Shown here: in pieces, positions 19,048-28,722 of the stretch | How the letters are laid out: the number at the start of each line of letters is the position of its first letter | How positions within the stretch are numbered: position 1 is the first letter of the stretch | NCBI GenBank assembly: GCA_014730275.1 | Contig: WJIL01000068.1 | Span: 87,527 to 151,526, forward strand | Length of the DNA stretch: 64,000 bases | From: Promethearchaeota archaeon | GTDB taxonomy: Archaea; Asgardarchaeota; Thorarchaeia; Thorarchaeales; Thorarchaeaceae | Direction of reading: 5' to 3' | The notes under the pieces: generated by a model | What the model saw: only the letters and a program-made list of their open reading frames with translations | Told to the model about the DNA's origin: nothing | The model's database searches: none | Program-made: the position numbers and the translations under genes

Positions 19048-19824
19048 TCAGCGGCCATAGCGTCTGGAACGCTGTTCGTAAGCTCGTAGAGCACGCCATA
19101 TATCTATACGCCGCACTGCCGGCCAGTATATTTGAGCAAAGTACAGCTCTGAGTAGGCAGATTGCCAAAGCAGGAAACCAGACAAACGCTCTTCTCCAGA
19201 GGTTCGTATTATCAAATCCGGATCCTTTATGCCATTGGTGTAAAGGTGGTTTTCAACAATGTTTTCATCAATTTCCTCAGGTGAGAGTTCCCCCGATTTA
19301 ATCTCCCGACCAATTTTCTTCACTGCGTCAACGAGTTCAGCTCTACCAGAATAACCTATAGCAACATTGAGAATGTGCTTATCATACTCTTTCGTTTCCT
19401 CTTCTGCCATTTGTATAGCTTCAGCAACTTCGTCGGGTAATAAATCGACTCTGCCAATCGCCCGAATTCGAACTTGGTGTTTGTGGATATCAGGATTTCC
19501 AACTACCTCGGAGAATTTCTCACGAGCTATCTTCATGATTTCGCTGACTTCTCGTTCGGCTCTTTTGAAATTCTCGAGTGAGAAGGCATATATTGTACAT
19601 ATTTTGACGCCAGATTCCCAGAGGATTTTGAGCACTTCCATGACTTTCTGTGCGCCTTTTCGATGGCCATACCATGGTGTATCGAGGCCATGTTCTCTGG
19701 CATATCTTCTATTTCCATCAAGAATCATACCAACATGCTCTGGAGCATTCTCCGTATCCAGCTGGCGATTCAGCCACCACTCATACAGTCGGTAAACTGG
19801 TCCGGCGATATTCATGCTCAGCAC
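19048..19824 (-). CDS. uppS: cis-Prenyltransferase (undecaprenyl-diphosphate synthase family)
   Basis: HVGMILDGNRRYA and RTSGEERLSGFLLWQS, the signature UPP synthase motifs. Confidence 0.9.
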   Translation of the reverse strand: MLSMNIAGPVYRLYEWWLNRQLDTENAPEHVGMILDGNRRYAREHGLDTPWYGHRKGAQKVMEVLKILWESGVKICTIYAFSLENFKRAEREVSEIMKIAREKFSEVVGNPDIHKHQVRIRAIGRVDLLPDEVAEAIQMAEEETKEYDKHILNVAIGYSGRAELVDAVKKIGREIKSGELSPEEIDENIVENHLYTNGIKDPDLIIRTSGEERLSGFLLWQSAYSELYFAQIYWPAVRRIDIWRALRAYEQRSRRYGR

Positions 19825-19887
19825 ATATCCTCGTGAATCAAGCCTGAACTAGACGTTAAAAGATTTAATGATGTAGGACCGCTTCTA

Positions 19888-20271
19888 TCAAATCATGGTT
19901 GCGACTTTTTCTGCCGCTCGTTTCATGTCCAAGAAAACCAAACCCAATTTTGCATCGGCAGTAGTGGATACAGTAAGGCAGGCATTCATGCCAGCTTGAA
20001 TTACAAGAAGCCAACCGTCATTACCCTTGATATTTACCTGCTCCAAATCCCCCTTTCCTAGCTCAATGGCAGCTTTCTCTCCCAAAGTCAACATTGCGGC
20101 CGTCATCGCAGCTACCTTTGCCTCATCAACATTTGTGGGCAGGGCTGAAACGATAGGCAATCCTTCGACACTAACTATCGCACATGCCTGTATTTCAGGA
20201 ATACTACCTTGTAACTCGTTTAGTACGCTTTCCAGCGTTTCACCGCGCGATTCCGCCATCTGTTTTTTCAC
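19888..20271 (-). CDS. mglB: Roadblock/LC7 domain protein, MglB-like partner of the upstream GTPase
   Basis: 127 aa, Roadblock/LC7 fold pattern (ACAIVSVEGLPIVS...GWLLVIQAG). Its start is 3 nt after the mglA stop. Confidence 0.8.
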   Translation of the reverse strand: MKKQMAESRGETLESVLNELQGSIPEIQACAIVSVEGLPIVSALPTNVDEAKVAAMTAAMLTLGEKAAIELGKGDLEQVNIKGNDGWLLVIQAGMNACLTVSTTADAKLGLVFLDMKRAAEKVATMI

Positions 20272-20273
20272 CT

Positions 20274-20837
20274 TTACTTGTACATTCGCTTGAGTATTAC
20301 CTCTCGTGCTATAGCTTGGAACGCCCTCTTAACTCCAACGCCCTGTATAGCAATAGTTTCATACACGGGTATATTCCCGCCTAATCCTAAAACATCGAGC
20401 ATCTCGTCTCGTGACATCCTGTTTGGAAGATCTCTCTTGTTGAGCATGATTACTATGGGGACCTCACGCTGTAAAGCATCGCCCATAAACATCTTCAGCT
20501 CTTCAAAGCTCTCCGCGTTCTCATCTCTCTGATCTGGAGATGAATCAGCAACGAAGAGGATGCCATCGGTACCTTGGAGGACGACCTTTCTCTGATGCCG
20601 ATGTCGCTTTTGGCCAGCCACTGTAAATACGTCAAACAGAACCCGGCCGCCTGCACTCATGGGTACATAGTCGAAGAAGAGTGTTCGGTTTGTCTCATCT
20701 TCAATAGATGTGAAATCACCCTTTTGTAGTCCTTCAACTTTACCGTACAACCATCGTAGTGCTGTGGTCTTTCCACCTAGGCTTGGGCCATAGAATACGA
20801 TTTTCAGATGAATGCGACCTTTATCGTCCTTCCGCAT
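20274..20837 (-). CDS. mglA: MglA-like small Ras-superfamily GTPase
   Basis: KIVFYGPSLGGKTT (G1), TLFFDYVPMS (switch I), FTVAGQ (G3), NKRDLPN (G4), GVGV. Near-collinear with Myxococcus MglA motifs. Confidence 0.85.
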   Translation of the reverse strand: MRKDDKGRIHLKIVFYGPSLGGKTTALRWLYGKVEGLQKGDFTSIEDETNRTLFFDYVPMSAGGRVLFDVFTVAGQKRHRHQRKVVLQGTDGILFVADSSPDQRDENAESFEELKMFMGDALQREVPIVIMLNKRDLPNRMSRDEMLDVLGLGGNIPVYETIAIQGVGVKRAFQAIAREVILKRMYK

Positions 20838-21073
20838 AGCAAACCACCTTTGTATTTTCTACAGTTCCGTAACTGCCAAATGGAGACATGTGAGGGCCCA
20901 AGTCTGGGCCATATGGCAGGGAATATGTAGGGGTAATAATCGTCACGTCCTTTAGTGAAAGGAAGATTCCTAGGTTGTATCCCCTGGTACGGGGTCGGCT
21001 GCCGTAAGAGGTTGCCCTCATAAAAGGCTTTGTGGCACACATCTCAAGGTCCTTGCCAATAATGGGAGATCCC

Positions 21074-21547
21074 CTAGACCTTCTCGAGCTCTTCCAAAGC
21101 CTGTTTGAGTCCTTCCTCGTCAAGCTCTTTACTCTTAGCAGGAGTTGATGTCTCGACTGCCAAGAACTTGTCGAGCTCGTCAGCCAATTCCTTGCCTTGC
21201 TTTTTCATGACAAGACGAATGAGTCCAATGTTTACCTCAGCTCCAGAAACGACGCTAAGAACACCTTTCCCACAAGCCGATGCGAAGATTTTCCCATCGG
21301 AGAACTCAGAGGTGACTATTTCCAAATCACCGATCTGAAGATTCTTACCTTGTTCTTCACTTGCACAGAAAACCGCGCTAGCAATAGCACCAATCGAATC
21401 GGTATCAACAGGGAAAGGGGCCAACTTTGATACGTTGGCAATGGTAAGGCCGGTCTTATCAGTCAAGATAACGCGTTTAATCCCCTTATCCTGCCTAATA
21501 ATCTCAGTCAAGATTTTGTCGAATTGTTTTGGGTCGCTCATAATCAT
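21074..21547 (-). CDS. Roadblock/LC7 domain protein with a C-terminal helical extension
   Basis: N-terminal 110 aa show the Roadblock pattern (VILTDKTGLTIAN...GDLEIVTSEF). The C-terminus is K/E-rich. Confidence 0.75.
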   Translation of the reverse strand: MIMSDPKQFDKILTEIIRQDKGIKRVILTDKTGLTIANVSKLAPFPVDTDSIGAIASAVFCASEEQGKNLQIGDLEIVTSEFSDGKIFASACGKGVLSVVSGAEVNIGLIRLVMKKQGKELADELDKFLAVETSTPAKSKELDEEGLKQALEELEKV

Positions 21548-21561
21548 TACCCTCTCAATCT

Positions 21562-21855
21562 TTATTTCTTAAGGACTATCAGAATCAAGCCCTCTTTCTC
21601 ATCAGGCGCGATATTAATCTGACCTTTAGATGTGTCAAGTGTGAGGAACGACAGCGAGCCCTCTTTGAGCTCTCGTACTGCGTCCAAAGCTTTGCCAACA
21701 AGAGAAGTCACAATTGCTGCGATATTCTCTGTTGTTTGAGCGTCTAGGTCGCTGCTCAGGGGTAGTCCTTCCATGCTTGTTACGATTACGCCGCGAACCC
21801 CTTCCTGAGCTTTGAGCTTGGAAAGGATTGATTGTAGTTTTTCTTGGCTTATCAA
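21562..21855 (-). CDS. Roadblock/LC7 domain protein
   Basis: 97 aa ([13 protein letters not shown]...GLILIVLKK). 15-nt gap to the next Roadblock gene. Confidence 0.75.
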   Translation of the reverse strand: MISQEKLQSILSKLKAQEGVRGVIVTSMEGLPLSSDLDAQTTENIAAIVTSLVGKALDAVRELKEGSLSFLTLDTSKGQINIAPDEKEGLILIVLKK

Positions 21856-22036
21856 CTTCTGGAATCCCCGCTGATGGCAATCATGCTCTTGGCATTTTGA
21901 AGCACACTTTTGCCTATTTTAGACTTGTGGCAATGTGCTATCTGAAATATGTCCTAATTGCGCAAAATATACCATCATTGGTTAAAAGATGGCCAGATTT
22001 AGCATATCGGAACAAGATTTCAGGCGTAGTGAGTTG

Positions 22037-23668
22037 TTACTCTTCGTCCTCATCGTCATCTTTCAGTAGCGCCCGAGAATTTCGCCTCATCTGTGCAAAG
22101 CTCTTTGTTGATGCTAAATCGGCAGCTGCTGATGGCCCCGCGCGAGGTGCTTTTTTCATCATCTCTTGGGTCTGCTGAAGTTCTTCCTCTTCAGAAGCCA
22201 GAGCTTCATCTACCCGCCTTATGTTGTTTTCAATCGATGAGGGTGCTTGTTTCGCGCGGCTTGTCATAGCTTTCCTGAAGGATGCTATTCTCTTTGCGCC
22301 TTCGCTGTGTTTTCCACGGAAAGCTTCTTCACCAGCCTTCTGGGTGGTGAATGTAGCAGCAAGCTTCGGATCAAAACTTGCCATGATTTCATCCTCGTCT
22401 TTTGTGACATTCAAACGGGTCGTTACAGAACGAATACGCCTTGCTCCACTCTTATCGAGGTACTCCACCTGTAGCTGTACAGGAATGCTATCAGTATCGA
22501 GTTCCTCTTCTGGTTCCATTTCAAAGTAGAGTTCGTGATTTTCTCCTACAACGCCCACTTTTCCGGACTTCTTTGATTTCATTTCATCAATCACTGCACG
22601 TGACATACCTGATGCATCCTTGACACGTACACCGGGTGGAGTTATCATGCGGACAGTAACATCTCGTGCAATGGAGGAAGCACCCGCAAGGGCAGACATA
22701 CTTCTGTCAAGCTCATTTGGCGTTACATAGTACATCTGACCGCCTGTTGCCTCTGGAAGGAGGCCAAGCGTCTTAAGCTCCATTCCAGAACCCCCGGCGA
22801 TTCCCACCACATCAAAAGCTGTACCAATATCACGAAACATCTGCCCCATCTGTTCATAGTAATCAGTTGCGGGTGTAACCTGGAATCCTTCCAACGAGCC
22901 AACACCTTCATTGGCAAGACCATCTGTAAGAAGTAAAAGCCGCCCAATATCTCGATGTTTCGCAATAGTATATCCCATAGCAACCGCGGGGCCTAATGCA
23001 GTACCTCCTTTCGGGCCCAAGTCTGCTACGTGCCTTTTTAACCGGTCACTATTTTTCCCGACAGCGACCATTTTCACGTCATCCAATAGAGTCCGACTTG
23101 TTTCTAATATCCGGTTCAAACTGGGGAAAGCCTCCCTTGGAAGATGGACAGCTTCTCCAGTCAGCGGATTTCTATAGGCGACCGAGCTTTCAAACTCAAT
23201 TATGCCGAATAGAGTCTCTGGTGAATTCGCTGCCAGAGAGTCAATTGAATTCCGTAGACTTCTTTTAACGGCCTCAAGATTTGCGCCACCCATCGAGCCA
23301 GATACGTCTATGAGCGCTAAGAAAGCGCCACTGGCAGTTGACACTTCTTGTTCAGTAGATTCATCTTCGGAAGGGGGTGGTGCAATCAGAAAGTCGGATT
23401 CATCTCCTGCTGTAATAATCTCGCCTTCTACGACATTGAGAGTTCCACAGAACGGACAGATGAAATGTTTTCCAACTTTGGGATCTTCCACAATCTGGTC
23501 AGTACTGATAAGATATCCTCCACAACGTTCACAAGCAATTGGTTTTCCTACGATTTTCCTAACCTCGTGGGTAAGACCGCTGAATTCCACACGCATGACA
23601 TAGGGGATATCGTCTAGAATTTTCTTTGAGGCCGGAAATGAGTTAGATGTGGGCTTGAGTAGGGGCAT
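22037..23668 (-). CDS. Zinc-ribbon + von Willebrand A (vWA) + beta-sandwich protein with an acidic disordered tail. Resembles the Sec23/24 zinc finger and trunk.
   Basis: C-x2-C-x21-C-x2-C zinc finger (CERCGG...CPFCG). MIDAS DVSGSM about 30 aa later. LFGIIEFESSV resembles the Sec23 trunk VGLITFGRMV block. Beta-rich segment, then an E/D-rich tail. Confidence 0.55.
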   Translation of the reverse strand: MPLLKPTSNSFPASKKILDDIPYVMRVEFSGLTHEVRKIVGKPIACERCGGYLISTDQIVEDPKVGKHFICPFCGTLNVVEGEIITAGDESDFLIAPPPSEDESTEQEVSTASGAFLALIDVSGSMGGANLEAVKRSLRNSIDSLAANSPETLFGIIEFESSVAYRNPLTGEAVHLPREAFPSLNRILETSRTLLDDVKMVAVGKNSDRLKRHVADLGPKGGTALGPAVAMGYTIAKHRDIGRLLLLTDGLANEGVGSLEGFQVTPATDYYEQMGQMFRDIGTAFDVVGIAGGSGMELKTLGLLPEATGGQMYYVTPNELDRSMSALAGASSIARDVTVRMITPPGVRVKDASGMSRAVIDEMKSKKSGKVGVVGENHELYFEMEPEEELDTDSIPVQLQVEYLDKSGARRIRSVTTRLNVTKDEDEIMASFDPKLAATFTTQKAGEEAFRGKHSEGAKRIASFRKAMTSRAKQAPSSIENNIRRVDEALASEEEELQQTQEMMKKAPRAGPSAAADLASTKSFAQMRRNSRALLKDDDEDEE

Positions 23669-23798
23669 AGTTGTATCAACCTCAGCAGGTTTTATCTTTC
23701 AGTAGTCAAGATGTTATTAAGTGAATCGTCGTACGTTTAGAATAGAGAGGTTGACTACAAGTACGTGGGATTACACGAGCAACCCTCTATCGTAGAAG

Positions 23799-23808
23799 AT
23801 ATATATCC
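23799..23808 (+). promoter_or_regulatory. TATA-like box (ATATATATCC) for the + strand Roadblock gene. SD AAGGAGGA at 23843-23850.
   Basis: AT-rich box about 55 nt upstream of the ATG at 23859. The SD is 9 nt before the ATG. Confidence 0.3.
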
Positions 23809-23858
23809 TGCAACAGCCCAGTAGCAAGAACACGACAGAACCAAGGAGGACAAGAATA

Positions 23859-24224
23859 TTGGTTGATGAAGGTAGAGTTGAAGAGATTATAGCAGAAACC
23901 ATGTCAGAAAATGCCGTAATCGAAGGAATGGTAGCGTGTAACGCAGAAGGAGAGGTAATCTTTGGTCATACGTTATCTGACAGCATAAAGCACAAAAAAG
24001 TAGCAGATTTGGTGGTAAAGCTCAGCTCGCTTTCCTCACAACTCAGTGGAACTGTTGATAAAGGCGAATTGAAAGAAGTGAGCATCACTTCAGAGAATGG
24101 ATATGTCATCATCCTTGGGGATGTGGAGCTAGTACTCGCCGCCATCGTAGGTGAAGAAGGACGGGAATCAATGGGGCTTATCCGGATGACCCTTAGAAGA
24201 GCGCTAGTATCCATGTTGGACTAA
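23859..24224 (+). CDS. Roadblock/LC7 domain protein (divergent from the vWA gene)
   Basis: 121 aa (MVACNAEGEVIFG...GYVIILGDVELVLAAIV). Confidence 0.75.
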   Translation: MVDEGRVEEIIAETMSENAVIEGMVACNAEGEVIFGHTLSDSIKHKKVADLVVKLSSLSSQLSGTVDKGELKEVSITSENGYVIILGDVELVLAAIVGEEGRESMGLIRMTLRRALVSMLD

Positions 24225-24410
24225 ATACTAGTTGAGCGACATTCTTTTCAATCATAAGAGTGAACGCAAAAGTATACTAGGTATATATCAAGTATTACGC
24301 AGATATTACCAAGCGTGATATTCCACATAATATCTCATAATCATGATGGTAGAGCGGACATAATGGACCGTATTTGAATTTGCGCTACAAAAACCGGATG
24401 GGAATGAATA

Positions 24411-27400
24411 TTGGTACACATCGAACGGCTTGAATGTAAAGGCTTCAAATCCTTTGGCCGGAAAAAAGTATCAATAAAGTTCAATCCGGGGTTCACATGT
24501 ATTGTGGGTCCAAATGGGTCAGGCAAGTCCAATGTAGTTGACGCTATTCTTTTTGTACTTGGACAACTCAGCGCTAAAACACTTAGAGCAAATGTTTTTG
24601 CGGATCTACTCTATTCACCTCCAAAGCCGAATATGCCTCCGGAGGCAAAATCAGCAACTGTTAAGCTGTATTTCAACAACAGAGATCGCAAGCTCCAAGT
24701 CGAGTCTGATAAGGTAGTAATCGAGAGAGAACTAGATGAATCGGGAAGGTCAACATGTCGAGTAAATGGAAAGGTTGTTACTCGTTCGACAGTAGTAGAC
24801 ATCCTCGGGGGCATTGGCGTTGATCCCAACGGATACAATCTGGTACTTCAAGGGGAAATAGCTCAGATTGTGAAATCCAGCCCAACACAGAGACGAGAAC
24901 TCATAGAAGAAATAGCAGGCATCTCTGCGTACGATGAGCAAAAGGAGAAAGCGCTGAAGAAGCTTACCGAGAGCGAGAACAATCTTGGAAAAGTGGAAAT
25001 GCAACTCCGAGAACGTCAACGGCAACTTGACAAGCTAGAGGAGGAAAGGGGCGATGCACTACAGTACCAGAAAACACGCCAACTTAAACGAGAGACTAGA
25101 ATTGACAGCCTCGCTTGGAATATTGTGAAATCAGAAAGCCGAATTGAGACGATCAAAGAGACCCTTGCAGAAAAGGCCGAGGAGTATGAACAGCTCGAAA
25201 AGGAGCTCCACAATACTATTCAAAAAATAGAGAATACAGAAGAAGAGATTGGAAGAATAGATGATGAAATTGATCAGATTGCGGGTGAAGATTCAGCGCG
25301 AATATCAGAAAGGTTTGGTGTCGTGTCAGCTGCTGTAGAGCATTTGATAGAGGAACTAGATGAGGCCAATCGTAGTCTCAATGAAGCAAAAACAAGGAAA
25401 GAAAGGAAAGAAGAGAGACTTGAAAAGATTAAAGAAGAAATTCAAAAACTGAATGAGAAACATGGCCTAAAACAGGATTACCTAGAAGAGGTTACCGAAG
25501 AAGTTTCATCAGTAGAAACCAAGATTGAGCGATTGGAAAAGAGATTCGAAGAAGAACAGTCCAATTACTATAGGATTACACAGGAACTACAGCAATACAA
25601 CAACAAGATGCGTTCTCTTGATGAAAGCATAGCACAGATTAGATCCACAATCAAATCAAATAACAGAGAATTGGGCTATGCCTATGAGGAACTTAGAGAC
25701 AGTAAGGAGGGGCTGAAGCGGGTAACGGGAGAGGTAGCACAGCTTGAGAAGGAGATACCAGAGAGGGCCCAGAACATAGAGCAAATGAAAACATCAGAAA
25801 GATCCAAACGAAACGAGTTCCAGGACATCGAAGAGCAACTCGAAAGGGTCAATGCAGAAGTAGATGAAACGACCAAGGTCCTGTCATCTACGAGAGAAGA
25901 GTTAATCAGATTACAGGCCAGACAAGATGCGCTGAAAGAAGCTGAAGAATCGTTCCTGAAACGTAGAGAAGCAGTTGCTAGAGTATTGGAACTACGAGAT
26001 GCAGGTGCTATAGAAGGGATTCATGGCACGGTCGCAGAATTAGGTACGATTGACCCAGATTATGCCGTTGCAATGGAAATAGCGGGTGGTAGCCGTCTTT
26101 CATATGTGGTTGTGGAAAACGAGAAAACTGCAACAAAATGCATAAACGCGTTGAAGACTGAACGGGTTGGAAGAGCCTCATTCATTCCCCTAAATAAGAT
26201 AAAAACGAGGTCTCCTGGAAAACTTCCCGATAATGAGGGAGTAGTTGGATTTGCACTCAATCTTGTGAATTTCGATCCGAAGTTCCGCCCAGCCTTTGAA
26301 TTCGCCTTTTCGGATACTCTGATAACCGAAGATTTCAGAACAACGAAGAGAATGGGATTTAGTGGGTGGAGGGCAGTTTCACTAGAAGGAGATATTGTTG
26401 AACGATCAGGTTTGGTTACGGGTGGACACTATCAGCACAAATCGAGGGGTCTCACCTTACAGGTGAAAGATGAAAGCCCCCAAATCATCGAGAAGCTAAA
26501 TGGTCTCAAGAAAATATTAGGCGACTTGCGAGCTAAGCAGGAATCCCTCCGTAATCGAAAGGAACAGTTGGAGAAAGAAATAAACCAACTCGGAAATGAA
26601 AGATATAGACAAGAAATTAAGCTTGATAGACTAAAGGGGAACTTGTCCGAAAACGAAGAGAGAAGGTCTCGCCTAACTGAGCGAATTCATAAGTTGAATA
26701 TAACAATCGAAGAGCTGGAATCTCAGACTGAAGAGCTCCAAGAGAAGGACGAACAACTGACCAGTGAACGAAATCGAGTAAGAAGAGAACGTGATGATTG
26801 TAACGAGAGATTAGCAAAATCGGATGCAGCACAGATAAACCAAGATCTCAAGGATTTGAAGAAAGTTCTAGAGCACGAGAAACAAAAAAGGGAGAGAACT
26901 GAGAAAGAGATAACAAAAATCAGACTCACTATTGATGAGAGATTGTCACCAAGAGCAGATGAACTGGCAAATGATGTTGAATCTATAGAGAGAACCCTTC
27001 CTGAGCTGAAAGAGCACATACAGGAATTGGAGTACAAACTAAGGAAGAAGAAGAGCGAGTATCAGGAGCTGCAGACCAAAAGAGAAGAAATCGAAGATGC
27101 GGTCAAGGACAAGAGAGTCTATCAACTTGACTTAAAGGAAGAAGTCAGGAATCTCCGCCTTCGTCATGAGGAAATACGAGAAGAGCAGACATCCAATGAG
27201 AAAGCGGTATATCGGCTTCAAACCGAACAGAGTAAGCTGGAAGAAGAAACTGTCGCTTTTTCGGCTGAATTGGATGAAATTGCTGATAAAGACAAGGAAC
27301 TGGAGAAACGAAGAGACGCTGAAGAGTTAACATATAGCGAGATTGAGGATTTGGAGGAGGAGGTTAAAGAATTCCAGCGCGAATTGGAAGAGATGGGGCC

Positions 27401-28001
27401 CGTAAATCTTAAGGCCTTAACAGACTACGATATTGAGAAAGAGAAATACAACGAGATTGTTGAGAAGAAGGCCAGGCTTGAAGAAGAACACAAAGAGATT
27501 CTGAGTTTTATGGAGGAGCTAGAACAGGAAAAGACTCGAAAATTCTTAGAAGTCTATAATGAAATAGCCGACAATTTCTCTGAAGTTTTCGCTAAACTAT
27601 CACCGGGAGGAGAAGCACATCTGATGCTCGAAAATCCCGAACATCCACTCATGGGAGGCATTACGGTCAAATCCAAGCCTAGAGGAAAAGATTTGGTATC
27701 GCTGGAAGCTATGAGTGGTGGGGAGAAAACAATAACAGGTTTGGCACTGATCTTCTCCATCCAAATGTATAACCCTGCGAGTTTCTACATTTTCGATGAA
27801 ATTGATGCCGCCCTGGATGATGTTAATGCTCATAGCGTCGCAACACTCATATCTGAAATGTCCAAGACATCTCAATTCATTGTGATATCACTCAGAGATA
27901 CTACAGTTCGTAAGGCAGATAAACTCGTAGGCGTTTCAAACCAAGATGGTATATCCAGTATTGTCACAGTTGATTTAGAAGAGGTGGCAGCTACAGCATG
28001 A
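24411..28001 (+). CDS. smc: Chromosome segregation protein SMC
   Basis: 1196 aa. N-terminal Walker A GPNGSGKSN, long E/K/R-rich coiled coils, hinge, and a C-terminal signature LSGGEKT plus Walker B IFDEIDAALD. Confidence 0.95.
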   Translation: MVHIERLECKGFKSFGRKKVSIKFNPGFTCIVGPNGSGKSNVVDAILFVLGQLSAKTLRANVFADLLYSPPKPNMPPEAKSATVKLYFNNRDRKLQVESDKVVIERELDESGRSTCRVNGKVVTRSTVVDILGGIGVDPNGYNLVLQGEIAQIVKSSPTQRRELIEEIAGISAYDEQKEKALKKLTESENNLGKVEMQLRERQRQLDKLEEERGDALQYQKTRQLKRETRIDSLAWNIVKSESRIETIKETLAEKAEEYEQLEKELHNTIQKIENTEEEIGRIDDEIDQIAGEDSARISERFGVVSAAVEHLIEELDEANRSLNEAKTRKERKEERLEKIKEEIQKLNEKHGLKQDYLEEVTEEVSSVETKIERLEKRFEEEQSNYYRITQELQQYNNKMRSLDESIAQIRSTIKSNNRELGYAYEELRDSKEGLKRVTGEVAQLEKEIPERAQNIEQMKTSERSKRNEFQDIEEQLERVNAEVDETTKVLSSTREELIRLQARQDALKEAEESFLKRREAVARVLELRDAGAIEGIHGTVAELGTIDPDYAVAMEIAGGSRLSYVVVENEKTATKCINALKTERVGRASFIPLNKIKTRSPGKLPDNEGVVGFALNLVNFDPKFRPAFEFAFSDTLITEDFRTTKRMGFSGWRAVSLEGDIVERSGLVTGGHYQHKSRGLTLQVKDESPQIIEKLNGLKKILGDLRAKQESLRNRKEQLEKEINQLGNERYRQEIKLDRLKGNLSENEERRSRLTERIHKLNITIEELESQTEELQEKDEQLTSERNRVRRERDDCNERLAKSDAAQINQDLKDLKKVLEHEKQKRERTEKEITKIRLTIDERLSPRADELANDVESIERTLPELKEHIQELEYKLRKKKSEYQELQTKREEIEDAVKDKRVYQLDLKEEVRNLRLRHEEIREEQTSNEKAVYRLQTEQSKLEEETVAFSAELDEIADKDKELEKRRDAEELTYSEIEDLEEEVKEFQRELEEMGPVNLKALTDYDIEKEKYNEIVEKKARLEEEHKEILSFMEELEQEKTRKFLEVYNEIADNFSEVFAKLSPGGEAHLMLENPEHPLMGGITVKSKPRGKDLVSLEAMSGGEKTITGLALIFSIQMYNPASFYIFDEIDAALDDVNAHSVATLISEMSKTSQFIVISLRDTTVRKADKLVGVSNQDGISSIVTVDLEEVAATA

Positions 28002-28720
28002 ATGAGAACAATGACCCATTCTGGACGATGCCACCATACGTTCTACTCACAGATATACTACAACTCGATAAAGTTGAGCCATGGAACGTCGACGTTGGGA
28101 AGCTTGTCCGACAGTTTCTTCGAGAGATGAAAAATGTCGGTGATGTCAATTTTCGTGTATCAGGGAATGCACTCTACTCTGCTTCAGTCATTTTTATGAA
28201 GAAAACCAGAGATTTGGTGGACTTGGGTCTCATTCCTGAGGAAGAGGAGGAGCAAGAGGAAGATATCGAGATTCCCCTTATTCGCCCACCGTTCAGGCTA
28301 AATAATCGACGTGTTACTCTTGAAGAACTAGTCGTTGCAATGGACGAAGTCCTTTCTAAAAAATCCCGAAGCAGTTCAAGGTCAAAGAAAAAGAAGTCCG
28401 AACCACCGCCCGAACCTGTTTCGTTCAAGGTGGACATGACGAGGGCAGACATAGAAGAGACCATTGGGGAAGTATACAAAGATCTGCAGGGGCTTATGGA
28501 AGTCGGAGAGACATCGAAATTCATGAATCTTTTGATGAATAATACTCGAAGAGAAATTGTTCGAATTTTCTTCGCATTATTGCATCTTCATTCTAGGGCC
28601 TATGTCGAAATATGGATGGATGAAGACGATATCATCTGGGTGCAGCTTTGTGAACCCCCAGAAGAAGAGGAGAAAGAGAAGATTAGTAAATCAGAAGTTC
28701 AGACACTCCTTTCAGATTAG
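27998..28720 (+). CDS. scpA: Segregation and condensation protein A (kleisin)
   Basis: Overlaps the smc stop by 4 nt. ScpA-like N-terminus (LDKVEPWNVDVGKLVRQFL), acidic linker. Confidence 0.85.
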   Translation: MNENNDPFWTMPPYVLLTDILQLDKVEPWNVDVGKLVRQFLREMKNVGDVNFRVSGNALYSASVIFMKKTRDLVDLGLIPEEEEEQEEDIEIPLIRPPFRLNNRRVTLEELVVAMDEVLSKKSRSSSRSKKKKSEPPPEPVSFKVDMTRADIEETIGEVYKDLQGLMEVGETSKFMNLLMNNTRREIVRIFFALLHLHSRAYVEIWMDEDDIIWVQLCEPPEEEEKEKISKSEVQTLLSD

Positions 28721-28722
28721 AG

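Noticed and set aside
20821-21123. 100-aa ORF spanning the mglA-Roadblock intergenic region
   Set aside because: It overlaps both flanking genes out of frame. Composition is not protein-like. The region was retained only as a possible structured non-coding element.
24611-27875. Numerous small antisense ORFs and apparent E/K/R-rich repetitiveness within smc
   Set aside because: The repetitiveness is the coiled-coil heptad composition of SMC. The antisense ORFs are Ser-rich shadows.
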